A DNA stretch of 64,000 nt from an uncultured Chitinophaga sp. (GTDB taxonomy: Bacteria > Bacteroidota > Bacteroidia > 2-12-FULL-35-15): assembly GCA_964549315.1 (NCBI GenBank), contig CAZJUY010000003.1:45729-109728 (forward strand). Reading direction: 5' to 3'. The notes beneath the pieces are model-generated. The model was not told the origin of the DNA, searched no databases, and was given only the letters and a program-made list of their open reading frames with translations. How positions within the stretch are numbered: the stretch's first letter is position 1; every line of letters starts with the position of its first letter. Below, piece after piece: positions 48,743 through 59,205 of the stretch. Both the position numbers and the translations under genes were made by a program.

Positions 48743-50341
48743 TTATTGAATTTGAACGGTGTAATTAAAATCGCCCACAACTTTCACATCAATTTTATAA
48801 TCGCTATAAATTTTGATGTAATTAGGTTGAGCAGAAGTATTAAATTTTATTTTCATAATTGCTTTTTTGGTATTATATAATTTGCTTACTTTTTGTTCAG
48901 ATAATGGAACAACAATTTTGGTTAATTTTTTACCAGTTGCTCTATAAGCTCCATTTATTGGTGCTTCGTCTATTGTATTTACATAACCAAAAATACTGTC
49001 TGTAACCACATTTTGGTCATTCAACAAATACATTTGCATAGATGCATCAAAAGGGAAACCGTTATTGGCAAATAGTGTAAGAGACCCACTGCGAATATTA
49101 TTAGTTCCACCACCATTCGATATATTAAAATTCACTGTGTCTAATAATGTTAAATTAGAAGCAACCAATGATAAAGGGATTTCCATATTCATCTTTGCAT
49201 TTAACAATTTGTCATAATAAACAAAATCATTTGAACCCGATATATTACCAAGTGGATTTGTTATCATTTGTATTTGATATCCAAATTTATCCGGTAAGTT
49301 TTCAATCATTGATTTTATATTTGAATTACTAGTTGTTAAAGGAAAAGATGCATAAGTTGGAAAAACTGTTGTGCCAGATTCAGCAGCTCTATTAATATTA
49401 ATTGGTGCACCGATCATTGAATTTGAAAGATTGATAGTTGTACCAGTTCGAGTATTTATAGAGCTCAAATTATTAATATAAACTCGTGCATCTAAACCAA
49501 TATAATTTTCAAGTTTCAATGTAAAATTTACATCCTCTAATTGCAGTGTTCCATCAACTATTCTTTTAAACAAATCAAAATTGGAAGTTTCTGGACCAAT
49601 ATTAAAAGTATTATTACCAAAGTACCCTTTTGCATAGTAAGGAATCAAATCAAAAAACTTATTCTCAATAATTAAGCTGTCCGTATTTAAAACAGTGACA
49701 GGACCAGCGGCAGCTGGATTGATAGTTGCTATAATTGAAGTATAAATTGTATTTACTCGATTATTAGCAACTCCTGTTAAATCAATTACATACCCTGACA
49801 AATCAAAAATTTGATTATACTCACCAGGAACACTGCCAACTGCAGCAGGAACTGAAACATTAATAGAGAATGGCACTCCATTTAGTTTTGCGCAAGGAAT
49901 GGAATAACTAAAATTTGTTATTTCATGTATTTTACTTTTAACTTTATAGCTTACAAAACCAGATTTAATGATGACAGTTCTTAGCTCTGCATCAACTATT
50001 TGATAACGTGTTTCATTATTTACACTATTTATTACATTTTGTCCTGGATTAAAAACATAAGAAGTTATCGGTAGATTATAAGTTGTTTTTATAGTAGTGT
50101 CAGGTATTTTAAATAAGGTATCAATATCTAGTTTATAAATGTCATTTTCATAAACAATTTTCAAGGAACTATCGGAATTTACTTGCAGAATAGAATCAGG
50201 CAATAGATTATTAATACCTAGTGATGCATTTATTAATGGAGCTAGTATTTGAGTATCCCAAGATGGTTTTTCAAAATCCTTACGACAGGATACTATAAAC
50301 AATACCACCGTTGACAATACTAATAGTGCTATTTTTTTCAT
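48743..50341 (-). CDS. Hypothetical lipoprotein of 532 aa
   Basis: Lipobox LFIVSCRKD; first gene of a three-gene same-strand cluster. Confidence 0.55.
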   Translation of the reverse strand: MKKIALLVLSTVVLFIVSCRKDFEKPSWDTQILAPLINASLGINNLLPDSILQVNSDSSLKIVYENDIYKLDIDTLFKIPDTTIKTTYNLPITSYVFNPGQNVINSVNNETRYQIVDAELRTVIIKSGFVSYKVKSKIHEITNFSYSIPCAKLNGVPFSINVSVPAAVGSVPGEYNQIFDLSGYVIDLTGVANNRVNTIYTSIIATINPAAAGPVTVLNTDSLIIENKFFDLIPYYAKGYFGNNTFNIGPETSNFDLFKRIVDGTLQLEDVNFTLKLENYIGLDARVYINNLSSINTRTGTTINLSNSMIGAPININRAAESGTTVFPTYASFPLTTSNSNIKSMIENLPDKFGYQIQMITNPLGNISGSNDFVYYDKLLNAKMNMEIPLSLVASNLTLLDTVNFNISNGGGTNNIRSGSLTLFANNGFPFDASMQMYLLNDQNVVTDSIFGYVNTIDEAPINGAYRATGKKLTKIVVPLSEQKVSKLYNTKKAIMKIKFNTSAQPNYIKIYSDYKIDVKVVGDFNYTVQIQ

Positions 50342-50413
50342 TTAGATACAGATTGTTCCTATAAAGATAATAATTAATATCTAAAAAAGATAGTTTTAAA
50401 AAATACAAATAAT

Positions 50414-51658
50414 TCAGGTAATAGTTCTTATATCTAAGTTTTTCAATTTTTTAGCTGCTCTTGAAGTAATGCTAACAACAATTATCGTCATTAGTCCTCC
50501 AAAAACAACAGAATTTACCAAGCCCATGAACTTGGCTGTTACTCCAGATTCAAAAGCTCCAATTTCGTTTGAAGAGCCAATAAAAATGCTATTTACGGCC
50601 GAAACCCTTCCTCTCATTTCGTTAGGAGTAGATAACTGCAAAATTGTATGCCGAATTACAACACTCACATTATCAAATGCTCCTGTTAAAAACAAACAAA
50701 AAAGTGACAAATAAAAATTAGATGACAATGCAAAACCAATTGTAGCTATCCCAAATCCAGCTACTGAAAGCAGTAGGCTTCTTCCTGCATTTTTAGTTGG
50801 CGGTTTATAAGCTATAATAATTGCAATAATAACGGCTCCAAATGCCGGAGCTGCACGCATAAAACCCAGTTCTATTGCTCCTACAAATAAAATTTCATCT
50901 GCAAAAGCAGGCAATAAAGCCACAGCTCCACCAAAAAGTACAGCAAATAAATCAAGTGACAACGCACCTAAAATAATTTGATTTTTAAAAACAAATTTTA
51001 TTCCTGCTGATAAACTCTCAACAATTGTTTCTTTTTGCTCTTTTTTATTTAATGGTTTTGACTTAATAAATAAAAAAGAAAATATAGCTATGAACAATAA
51101 AATAATATTTACAGCGTATGCAGTTGAAAAACTTATTGCACAAATAAATCCTGCCATTGCAGGACCAATAATTGAACCTATGTGCCAGACCGTACTATTC
51201 CATGTTGCACTATTTACATACAAGCTCCTATCCACCAATTGAGACATAAATGCTGGAAATGCTGGAGAGATAAATCCACGAACAACACCAATACATCCTA
51301 CAACAATAAATATTGGTAACACACCGTATTTATCTAAAAAAACAGAATTATCAATTGAAAAATAAAACAAAACTGAAGTGCAAACAAGCAGCAAAAAAGT
51401 AAATATTACAATTATATATTTACGATTATATGTATCTGCAATATGCCCAGAAAAAAGAGAAACAGCAATAAATGGAATGGCTTCTGCCAACCCAATTATT
51501 CCTAAATCTAATACGTTTTTTGTTATTTGATAAACTTGCCACCCAACAATTACACTCTGCATTTGAATTGCAAGCGTTAAAAAAAAACGAGTAGTTAAAA
51601 AGAATAAAAAATCTTTTACTCTAAGAGAAGCATAAGGATCGTGCTGGATTAATACCAT
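50414..51658 (-). CDS. MFS transporter
   Basis: 414 aa with 12 predicted TM helices. Confidence 0.8.
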   Translation of the reverse strand: MVLIQHDPYASLRVKDFLFFLTTRFFLTLAIQMQSVIVGWQVYQITKNVLDLGIIGLAEAIPFIAVSLFSGHIADTYNRKYIIVIFTFLLLVCTSVLFYFSIDNSVFLDKYGVLPIFIVVGCIGVVRGFISPAFPAFMSQLVDRSLYVNSATWNSTVWHIGSIIGPAMAGFICAISFSTAYAVNIILLFIAIFSFLFIKSKPLNKKEQKETIVESLSAGIKFVFKNQIILGALSLDLFAVLFGGAVALLPAFADEILFVGAIELGFMRAAPAFGAVIIAIIIAYKPPTKNAGRSLLLSVAGFGIATIGFALSSNFYLSLFCLFLTGAFDNVSVVIRHTILQLSTPNEMRGRVSAVNSIFIGSSNEIGAFESGVTAKFMGLVNSVVFGGLMTIIVVSITSRAAKKLKNLDIRTIT

Positions 51659-51720
51659 AATAAAAAACTATCGAGCTTTATGCTCGATAGTTTGGGTTTT
51701 TAAATACTTGTTCAAAGTAA

Positions 51721-54537
51721 TTAATTGATTTTTTTGTTAAAAAAATTATTTGCGATTAATTCTTGTAACAACATCCTATTTCCTTGATACCATGCTGTAA
51801 TCCACGCATCTGTTGTTCCTAAACGAATACATTCCTGGCGAAATATTTCGGCATCTTTCAATGTAGAAAATTCTCTCATTGTAAATCGTGTTATTCCATC
51901 TGGATATGGTTTTACTGCTGCTGGAGGTGGCTCTAGACTATTCAAATTTTTGTGCTTAAAGTTTTGAGGAAAACGATAAGCTCCAATTTGAACTGTAAAT
52001 TTTAATCCTTCAGCACATATTCCACCACCTTGCACAATCAATTTGTTATAAATTTCTTTATCATTTAAGTCTTTTCCAACAAAGAATGAAAAATCTTGAG
52101 GAGCTCCTGGGTCGCACGGATTTAGGTGTTCTTCCATAGTTTTTCTAACACCAAAGAAGAATACTGTTACAAAAGATTTAGCAGCCTCTGCTTCTTTCTC
52201 AACCAACATTTTTTTGAACGATTCAGCTTCTGCTAAGGTTTTAAACGGCCCAAATGTGTATCTGATTGTTCCGTCTGGATATTTCTTGCTACCTATCTTT
52301 CCGTATTTTTCAAGATACTGTAACTTAAAATCTGCAGGATCCTGAACTGCTCCTATTTCAACCTTGTAGGTCAATCCTGAAATTTCAGATTTCCCTTCAT
52401 CATTTTGCAACTGTTTTATTTCTTGTCCACTTGTTAAGTCAACAACTTTTGGGTTAGATTTAATTACTTTTGTTTCTGTTGGAGCAATATAATCTTTTCG
52501 TTTATACTCTGTTTTGTAGTACTGTTGGATTAATTTTCTCTCTCCTTTATCTAAAACAGTAACTACAATATCATGTAAAGAAGTATCTCTAGAAGCCAAC
52601 TTATATTTGAATATTTCCGCATCTAACAAAGATTTAAATGGGCCAACGGAATAAGTTGTATTGCCATTTTTATCCAATTTTGCCTTAATGTCAGCCATTC
52701 CTGCTATCTTTTGTGGATTAAAATCGGCAGCATTTTCATATGTTCCAATTTCTACTGTAAATTCCGTAGTATCTGTTTTTACGTCTCCATATTTTTTTAA
52801 TAAGTCTTGATATACACGTGCTTCATAAACTGCTGCTTGTTTCTCCTCATTATATTTATCAACCTGTTTATTAATTTGTTCTTGTAGTTTTTGAGGTGAT
52901 TCCTGAACTGATGTAGCTCCTTCTCCTTTTTTAACAGTTAAATTAAAATCTTGTTGAACTTGTACATATGTCTCAAGGCTTTTTACATCTACATACTGGT
53001 ACTGTGCTTCATATCCTTCTACTTCAATCGCAACTTTGTATTTATTTCCAGGTGTAAGAGCAATCAAATACTTTCCTGTGGAAGAGTTTGAATGATAAGA
53101 ACCTTGCTGTTCTCCTGTTTCTGCATTTGTTACATTTATTGTTGCATCTACGGGTTGATTATCTGCAGTAACAACACCCACCACTAAAGCCAAAACGGGT
53201 TTTTCTCCAAAAAAGCCTGGATTAACTGTATAAATATCTTGCTGACCAAATCCTCCCTTTCTATCTGACGAATAGTAGCCGTGTTCACCATCTGCAGTTA
53301 AAACATAAAAACGTTCATCTTCAGTTGTGTTTATTGGATACCCTAAATTTGTTGGTTCATTCCATTGACCATTTTGAAAAGTAGAATACATAATATCATA
53401 TCCACCTATGCTATTATGGCCTTCCGAGCTAAAGAATAATGTTATTCCATCAGGATGTATAAAAGGCGAATCATCGTTGTATTTTGTATTAATAGCGGGA
53501 CCTAAATTTTGTGCTTTTCCCCAAGTTCCATCTTTTTCTTTTTTACACATGTATAAATCTCTTCCACCCAAACCTCCTGGTCTATCACTTGCAAAATATA
53601 AAGTCTTTTCATCTGCAGAAAGCGAAACACTACCTTCCCAATATTTTGTATTTATGTTCTCATTTAATCGCACAGGCTTTTCCCACACATTACCTTTCAA
53701 TTGGCTCATGTATATATCTCCTCCGTCTTTTTCTGTGCTATGAAAAACAAATAATTTTTGCCCATCGGCAGAAAGCGCAATACAAGCATCATGATTCTTT
53801 GAATTAATATTTTCTCCTATACTTGCTGGAGTAGTCCAAGAGTTTCCAATCCTATTAGCAATAAATACATCTTCATAATAATAACCATTGGGATCTGGAT
53901 TAAACTCGTCATCCATCAAACCTCCAGTACTATTAGGACCCGTATAAGTATAAATCAAAACGGATTCGTCAGATGAAATCACAGGAACATATTCTTGGTT
54001 TTCGGTATTTATACCGTCACCAATGTTTGTAATTTCACACTGTACTTTTAATTCAATGAATGCTTTCCCATTTTTACTATTCTCAATGTATCGCTGAGCT
54101 AATAATCTTTGATTAATAGGTGGGTTCATTTTCAAATACTCATTAAAAGCTTCAATTGCTTTATCAAATTTGTAATTCAAATGATAAGCCCTTCCCAAAT
54201 AAAACTGAATTTCAAGTGTTTTAGTTGTTTTAGATGCGACTTCCTCTAATAATGTAATCGACTTTTCTTTTTCATCACTATTATATAAATAACAAATTCC
54301 CGATCGATATTTAAAATATAAGTCTGCTTGATGAGCATTCATTAAATCAGTATATGTTGGAAGTGCTCTTAAATACATTTCTTGATTAAAGAAATTTTCA
54401 GCTATCTGCAACTTAGTTTTTTCATCCTTATTTAATTTTTTCAAATCAACAGCTAAGCCTTTGTCACCCTTCTGAGCAAGGACTACACCAGAAGAAACAA
54501 ATAAAAAAATTAAACTCTTTAAAAATATTTTTTTCAT
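51721..54537 (-). CDS. Large secreted protein with N-terminal TPR, TolB-like PD40 beta-propeller repeats, a carboxypeptidase-regulatory-like domain and three C-terminal SPOR-like repeats
   Basis: PD40-like units (SLSADGQKLFF.S...GGGDIY); three tandem ~90-aa repeats each containing V[EQ]IGA...F..L.[DE]AE.F. Confidence 0.55.
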   Translation of the reverse strand: MKKIFLKSLIFLFVSSGVVLAQKGDKGLAVDLKKLNKDEKTKLQIAENFFNQEMYLRALPTYTDLMNAHQADLYFKYRSGICYLYNSDEKEKSITLLEEVASKTTKTLEIQFYLGRAYHLNYKFDKAIEAFNEYLKMNPPINQRLLAQRYIENSKNGKAFIELKVQCEITNIGDGINTENQEYVPVISSDESVLIYTYTGPNSTGGLMDDEFNPDPNGYYYEDVFIANRIGNSWTTPASIGENINSKNHDACIALSADGQKLFVFHSTEKDGGDIYMSQLKGNVWEKPVRLNENINTKYWEGSVSLSADEKTLYFASDRPGGLGGRDLYMCKKEKDGTWGKAQNLGPAINTKYNDDSPFIHPDGITLFFSSEGHNSIGGYDIMYSTFQNGQWNEPTNLGYPINTTEDERFYVLTADGEHGYYSSDRKGGFGQQDIYTVNPGFFGEKPVLALVVGVVTADNQPVDATINVTNAETGEQQGSYHSNSSTGKYLIALTPGNKYKVAIEVEGYEAQYQYVDVKSLETYVQVQQDFNLTVKKGEGATSVQESPQKLQEQINKQVDKYNEEKQAAVYEARVYQDLLKKYGDVKTDTTEFTVEIGTYENAADFNPQKIAGMADIKAKLDKNGNTTYSVGPFKSLLDAEIFKYKLASRDTSLHDIVVTVLDKGERKLIQQYYKTEYKRKDYIAPTETKVIKSNPKVVDLTSGQEIKQLQNDEGKSEISGLTYKVEIGAVQDPADFKLQYLEKYGKIGSKKYPDGTIRYTFGPFKTLAEAESFKKMLVEKEAEAAKSFVTVFFFGVRKTMEEHLNPCDPGAPQDFSFFVGKDLNDKEIYNKLIVQGGGICAEGLKFTVQIGAYRFPQNFKHKNLNSLEPPPAAVKPYPDGITRFTMREFSTLKDAEIFRQECIRLGTTDAWITAWYQGNRMLLQELIANNFFNKKIN

Positions 54538-54777
54538 AGTGCTTTTTTAATGCTGTTAGCAATTACCCCAACTACCTAATACATTATATTAGCGATAAAA
54601 TTGAAAATAATAAAGAGCATACAAACAAGAGGATAATCAAACTTATAAACATATGAAAGTTAAAAACCACAATAAAAAAATAATAAATGCCTTTATTGAA
54701 GAGTACTTCAAGAAGATTTAAAACTTATATAATTGAGCCGGAATTATGATTATTTTAGCCATATAAAAATATTTGAA

Positions 54778-55413
54778 ATGGAATTTATTGACGAAAAAAT
54801 AGAATCGTATTCTTTAAATCATTCAGAAGAGGAGTTGCCTATTCTAAAAAAAATTAGCAGAGAAACGCATTCGAAAATTTTAATGCCACGAATGCTTTCA
54901 GGACACATGCAAGGAAATTTTTTAACCCAATTGAGCAAAATGATAAAACCTTCGTGTGTTTTGGAAATAGGCACTTATACAGGCTATTCCGCTATTTGTT
55001 TGGCCCAAGGCTTAATAAATGATGGCAAAATAATTACTATTGATATAAATGAGGAACTAGAAAAAATAGTTCGATCGTTTTTTGCTGAGTCCGGCTTGAA
55101 TGATAAAATAATTTATAAAATAGGAAACGCAGTTGATTTAATTCCTAAAATAAAAGATACTTTTGATATAGTGTTTATTGATGCTGACAAAAAAAACTAC
55201 TCAAATTATTATGATTTAGTTTTTGATAAAGTAAAAACAGGAGGCTATATAATAGCAGACAATGTTTTATGGAGTGGAAAAGTATTAGAGCAAAATATGG
55301 ATGCTGACACAAAAGCAATTGATGATTTTAACAAAAAAGTGCATGCTGACGACAGAGTAGAAAACATGCTACTTCCATTAAGAGATGGCTTAATGATAAT
55401 TAGAAAAAAATAA
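54778..55413 (+). CDS. Class I SAM-dependent O-methyltransferase (family 3, caffeoyl-CoA-OMT-like)
   Basis: LEIGTYTGYSAICLA SAM motif; VFIDADKKNY; start taken at the internal MEFIDEK. Confidence 0.8.
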   Translation: MEFIDEKIESYSLNHSEEELPILKKISRETHSKILMPRMLSGHMQGNFLTQLSKMIKPSCVLEIGTYTGYSAICLAQGLINDGKIITIDINEELEKIVRSFFAESGLNDKIIYKIGNAVDLIPKIKDTFDIVFIDADKKNYSNYYDLVFDKVKTGGYIIADNVLWSGKVLEQNMDADTKAIDDFNKKVHADDRVENMLLPLRDGLMIIRKK

Positions 55414-55416
55414 ATT

Positions 55417-56436
55417 ATGATTATAGATTTGAGAAGCGACACAGTCACTAAACCTTCAAAACAAATGCTTGAAGCAATGATGAATGCAGAAGTAGGCGAT
55501 GACGTTTTCAATGAAGAACCAACTGTAATAGCACTAGAAGAAAAAGCTGCAAAGATGTTTAATATGGAAGCTGCACTTTTTTGTCCTTCTGGTACAATGA
55601 CCAACCAAATCGCTATTAAAGTACACACTCAGCCAGGCGATGAACTATTGTGTGATACTACTTCTCATATTTATAACTATGAAGGAGGAGGCATTGCTTT
55701 TAATTCGGGTGTTCAAGCTAAATTAATTCAAGGTGACAGAGGGAGAATTTCTGCCCAGCAAGTTTTAGAAAACATAAACCCGAATTATGATTGGTTAACA
55801 AAAACAAGTTTAGTTTCCATAGAAAATACTGCAAATAGAGCTGGGGGAAGTTGCTACTCGTTAGAAAAGATGAAAGAATTGTCTGATGTTTGCAAAACAA
55901 ACAATTTAAAAATTCATTTAGATGGCGCTAGAATTTTTAATGCAATAGTTGAAAATAATTATTCCGCTTCTGAAATTGGAATTTTTTTTGACAGCATCTC
56001 TATTTGTTTATCAAAAGGATTGGGAGCCCCAATAGGTTCTCTATTATTAGGCAATAAAGAATACATACAAAAATCAAGAAAAGTTAGAAAAGTATTTGGA
56101 GGTGGAATGCGACAAGCTGGATATATTGCTGCTGCTGGCATATATGCATTAGGCAACAACATTGAAAGGTTAAAGGAAGATCATAAAAGAGCAAAATATT
56201 TATCTGAAGTATTATCAAAATTAAGCTATGTTGATTCTATTTTACCAGTTGATACAAACATTGTAATTTTTAATTTGAATAAAAATATTGATGCAGATAA
56301 TTTTATTCAAAAGCTGTTAGATAATAATATTAAGGTTGTAGGATTCGGGAAACAAGCAATAAGGCTTGTAACGCATTTAGACTATACTGATGATATGGCA
56401 TTAATAACAGAAGAAGTACTTAAAAAAATTAATTAA
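55417..56436 (+). CDS. ltaE: Low-specificity L-threonine aldolase
   Basis: 339 aa; N-terminus MIIDLRSDTVTKPS and PLP fold type I. Confidence 0.88.
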   Translation: MIIDLRSDTVTKPSKQMLEAMMNAEVGDDVFNEEPTVIALEEKAAKMFNMEAALFCPSGTMTNQIAIKVHTQPGDELLCDTTSHIYNYEGGGIAFNSGVQAKLIQGDRGRISAQQVLENINPNYDWLTKTSLVSIENTANRAGGSCYSLEKMKELSDVCKTNNLKIHLDGARIFNAIVENNYSASEIGIFFDSISICLSKGLGAPIGSLLLGNKEYIQKSRKVRKVFGGGMRQAGYIAAAGIYALGNNIERLKEDHKRAKYLSEVLSKLSYVDSILPVDTNIVIFNLNKNIDADNFIQKLLDNNIKVVGFGKQAIRLVTHLDYTDDMALITEEVLKKIN

Positions 56437-57727
56437 TTTTTTTTAATCTATTCAAAGTTGATTCAATATGCTTTTCGGATGGAAGTTGTGAAGTTTGAAT
56501 TCGCTGCGCATATTTAATGCTATCAATAATTTCTTTTTGCCTTTCTTCTACTAAACGCTTTTGCTCAAAAACAAGTTTATTTATTTTTCTTTTTTGAGTG
56601 TATGCAAAAAATACTATTAAAAACAATAACAATATTCCGGCTATCATCAAAAGCATTACATTCTGTTGTTTATTTTTTAATTTTAATTCAAGCTCGTTTT
56701 TTTTAATTTGCTCTTCTTTTCTAGAAATATCATATTTAACCTCCATTTCCAATATTTTTGACTCTACCTCTTCCTTTAATATGCTATCATTAATTTCCTT
56801 ATATCTTTTTTGAGAGATATAAGCCTCTTTAAAGTCCCCCAACTTGGACTGGCATTCAGCCAAACTCAAATAGGCATCTCTTTTAATATTCATAAAATTA
56901 ATTAATTGCGCGAAATTAATTGCTTCGTTAAAATAATCTTTTGCGTTTGAATAGTCTTTTATCTTATAGTTTATTTCTCCTATTACAAAATTGGAATTTG
57001 CTACCCCTAATTTATTTTTAGTTTTTTTGTACAGGCTTAAAGCTGTCAATGCTGCATTATTAGCTAATTCAATATTATCTTTTTTAAGCATAATTTCAGA
57101 ATATCCTAATAAAGAATTAGCGTAAGCAGATGTGTCTTTGTTATATTTAAATATCTTGGAACACATTGAGTTGTATATAAGAGCACTATCGTACAAGCCT
57201 GTATTCAAAAAAATAATACTAATATTATTGTAAACATTTGCAATATTTACATAATCTTTTTTTGATTTATAATAAACATAAGCTTTGTCATAATAAATCC
57301 TTGCTACTTTATATTTTTTCTGACTACTCAATATATTTGCATAAGCTTTATAAAACTTTGATAGATCTTCAAATAATTTATTTTTTTCTAAATATTGAAT
57401 GTACTCCATACTATACCCCATAGCAACATCATCCATCTTCCTATGTGAAAGTATATTTATTAGAGCAGTAAAATGTTTATTTATTAATTGAGAGTTTTGA
57501 GACTGTTTTGAAAATCGAACTGCTTCTATTAAATAATCTATTCTTTCTTTTGATTTAAAATAGTCATATTGTCTTGATAGCTCAAAATAAAGCTGAGCTT
57601 TATTGCTATCGCTCTCACATTTACTAATTTCTATATTGAGAGAATCTCTTTTTTCTATTATTCTATTTTCAGCTTGATTATCTGTTGAAGAAAATAAATT
57701 TGTATTTGACGATAAAAAGGTCAACAA
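56429..57727 (-). CDS. TPR-repeat / single-TM protein ending ~20 residues into a SpoIIE-type phosphatase domain (truncated paralog of 15864..17840)
   Basis: TPR units, TM segment LMIAGILLLFLIVFFAY, then ...IIDSIKYAQRIQTSQLPSEKHIESTLNRLKKIN*. Confidence 0.65.
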   Translation of the reverse strand: MLTFLSSNTNLFSSTDNQAENRIIEKRDSLNIEISKCESDSNKAQLYFELSRQYDYFKSKERIDYLIEAVRFSKQSQNSQLINKHFTALINILSHRKMDDVAMGYSMEYIQYLEKNKLFEDLSKFYKAYANILSSQKKYKVARIYYDKAYVYYKSKKDYVNIANVYNNISIIFLNTGLYDSALIYNSMCSKIFKYNKDTSAYANSLLGYSEIMLKKDNIELANNAALTALSLYKKTKNKLGVANSNFVIGEINYKIKDYSNAKDYFNEAINFAQLINFMNIKRDAYLSLAECQSKLGDFKEAYISQKRYKEINDSILKEEVESKILEMEVKYDISRKEEQIKKNELELKLKNKQQNVMLLMIAGILLLFLIVFFAYTQKRKINKLVFEQKRLVEERQKEIIDSIKYAQRIQTSQLPSEKHIESTLNRLKKIN

Positions 57728-57764
57728 AAATAGGAATAGTATATATCTTGCTGGTTTAATCGTT

Positions 57765-59180
57765 CTAATGTTTTTGTGAATTTTTATTCATTTTTTTTAG
57801 AGTCCTATCAATATATTTTTCGGAAGGAAGTTGTGACAATTGAATCCTTTTGGCATATTCAATACTATCAATAATTTCTTTTTGTTTCCCTTCAATAATT
57901 TTTTTCTGTTGTGTAATTTCTTGGTTGGCCTTTATCTTTTGTTTGTACCCTCTAAAAGACAATACGGCAATAATTAACATTAAAACAAAACCAAGAACGC
58001 CACCATAAGTGTAAGAACGTTGTTTAGCAATCTCATGCTCGTGCTTAAGTTGTTCTGTTTTTTTTATCTCAAAATTTCTAACACTATCAGCTGTTACTTT
58101 TTTCTCATACTCAAATTCAAAAGATTTTTTTATTGCTTCATTTTTATTCTCTTCATTTAGAATACTATCTTTCATTTCAATATACAATTCGAACATTTGA
58201 TATGCTAGAACGTAATTTTTTTGTTTCAAATAAACTTCACGTAATAAGTTTGATGCTCTTTTAATATACTCCGGATATCCTAATTCTTTTGAAATTTTTA
58301 AAGCTTTTTGTCCGTACTCTAATGATTTAGAAACATTATTTTGTTTTAAATAAATTACACCTAAATTATTTAAAGATTCTGCGATACCCTGTTGATCGTT
58401 AATTTCAGTTCTAATTTTTAAGCTTTTTTCATAAAAGTCAAAAGCTTTTTGTAATGAAGATTGTTTGTCATAAAAATATCCAATATTATTCAATGTAAGA
58501 GCAACAAGAATTTCATCTCCTATTTCTTCTGCCATTTTTAAACTTTTAGAATAAGAATCTAGAGTAAGTAAAGTATCGTTTATTTCTTCATACAAGCTTC
58601 CTAGATTATTGTACAAACGTGCAATTCCCCTTTTATCACCTATTTCTTCTTTTATTTTCAAACTTCTCTTAAAATAAAGCAAAGCATTTTCATAATCATT
58701 TAAGCTTTCGTACAGGTAACCAATATTATTTAAGGTACTTGAAATAGCCTTATTTTCTTTTAAAGACTCTTTAATAGCCAAACTTTTATGAAAATAAATC
58801 AGTGCCTTTTTAATATCTCCTTTTTGGCTTAAGATAGCACCAATATTATTTAAACAATTAGCTTTAACAGCCAATAGGGTGTGAGATAAGTTTTCATCTG
58901 AGTTAACCATAGCTTTTTCAACTATTTCAATCAATTCTTCTGAAAGCGGTATAACTTTATCGGGATTAATCGCGTATGTTTCTTCTATTATAGATAAATA
59001 AATTGGAACTTTGGATGAATCGTATTTTGCTAAGTTGAGTTCATTATACAAAGAATCTAAACGACTACTGACAAGAGCATCACAATTACTGATTGAAAAA
59101 ATGCTAAAAATTGTAAAAAAAATAAATTGAGGAAATAAAGCCTTCATACCAAGAACAAATATAGAAAAAAATAGCCCCAA
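57765..59180 (-). CDS. TPR-repeat / single-TM protein ending ~20 residues into a SpoIIE-type phosphatase domain (second truncated paralog)
   Basis: TPR units, TM segment VLGFVLMLIIAVLSF, then ...IIDSIEYAKRIQLSQLPSEKYIDRTLKKMNKNSQKH*. Confidence 0.65.
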   Translation of the reverse strand: MGLFFSIFVLGMKALFPQFIFFTIFSIFSISNCDALVSSRLDSLYNELNLAKYDSSKVPIYLSIIEETYAINPDKVIPLSEELIEIVEKAMVNSDENLSHTLLAVKANCLNNIGAILSQKGDIKKALIYFHKSLAIKESLKENKAISSTLNNIGYLYESLNDYENALLYFKRSLKIKEEIGDKRGIARLYNNLGSLYEEINDTLLTLDSYSKSLKMAEEIGDEILVALTLNNIGYFYDKQSSLQKAFDFYEKSLKIRTEINDQQGIAESLNNLGVIYLKQNNVSKSLEYGQKALKISKELGYPEYIKRASNLLREVYLKQKNYVLAYQMFELYIEMKDSILNEENKNEAIKKSFEFEYEKKVTADSVRNFEIKKTEQLKHEHEIAKQRSYTYGGVLGFVLMLIIAVLSFRGYKQKIKANQEITQQKKIIEGKQKEIIDSIEYAKRIQLSQLPSEKYIDRTLKKMNKNSQKH

Positions 59181-59205
59181 ATTTGGGGCTATTTCAATAA
59201 TAAAA

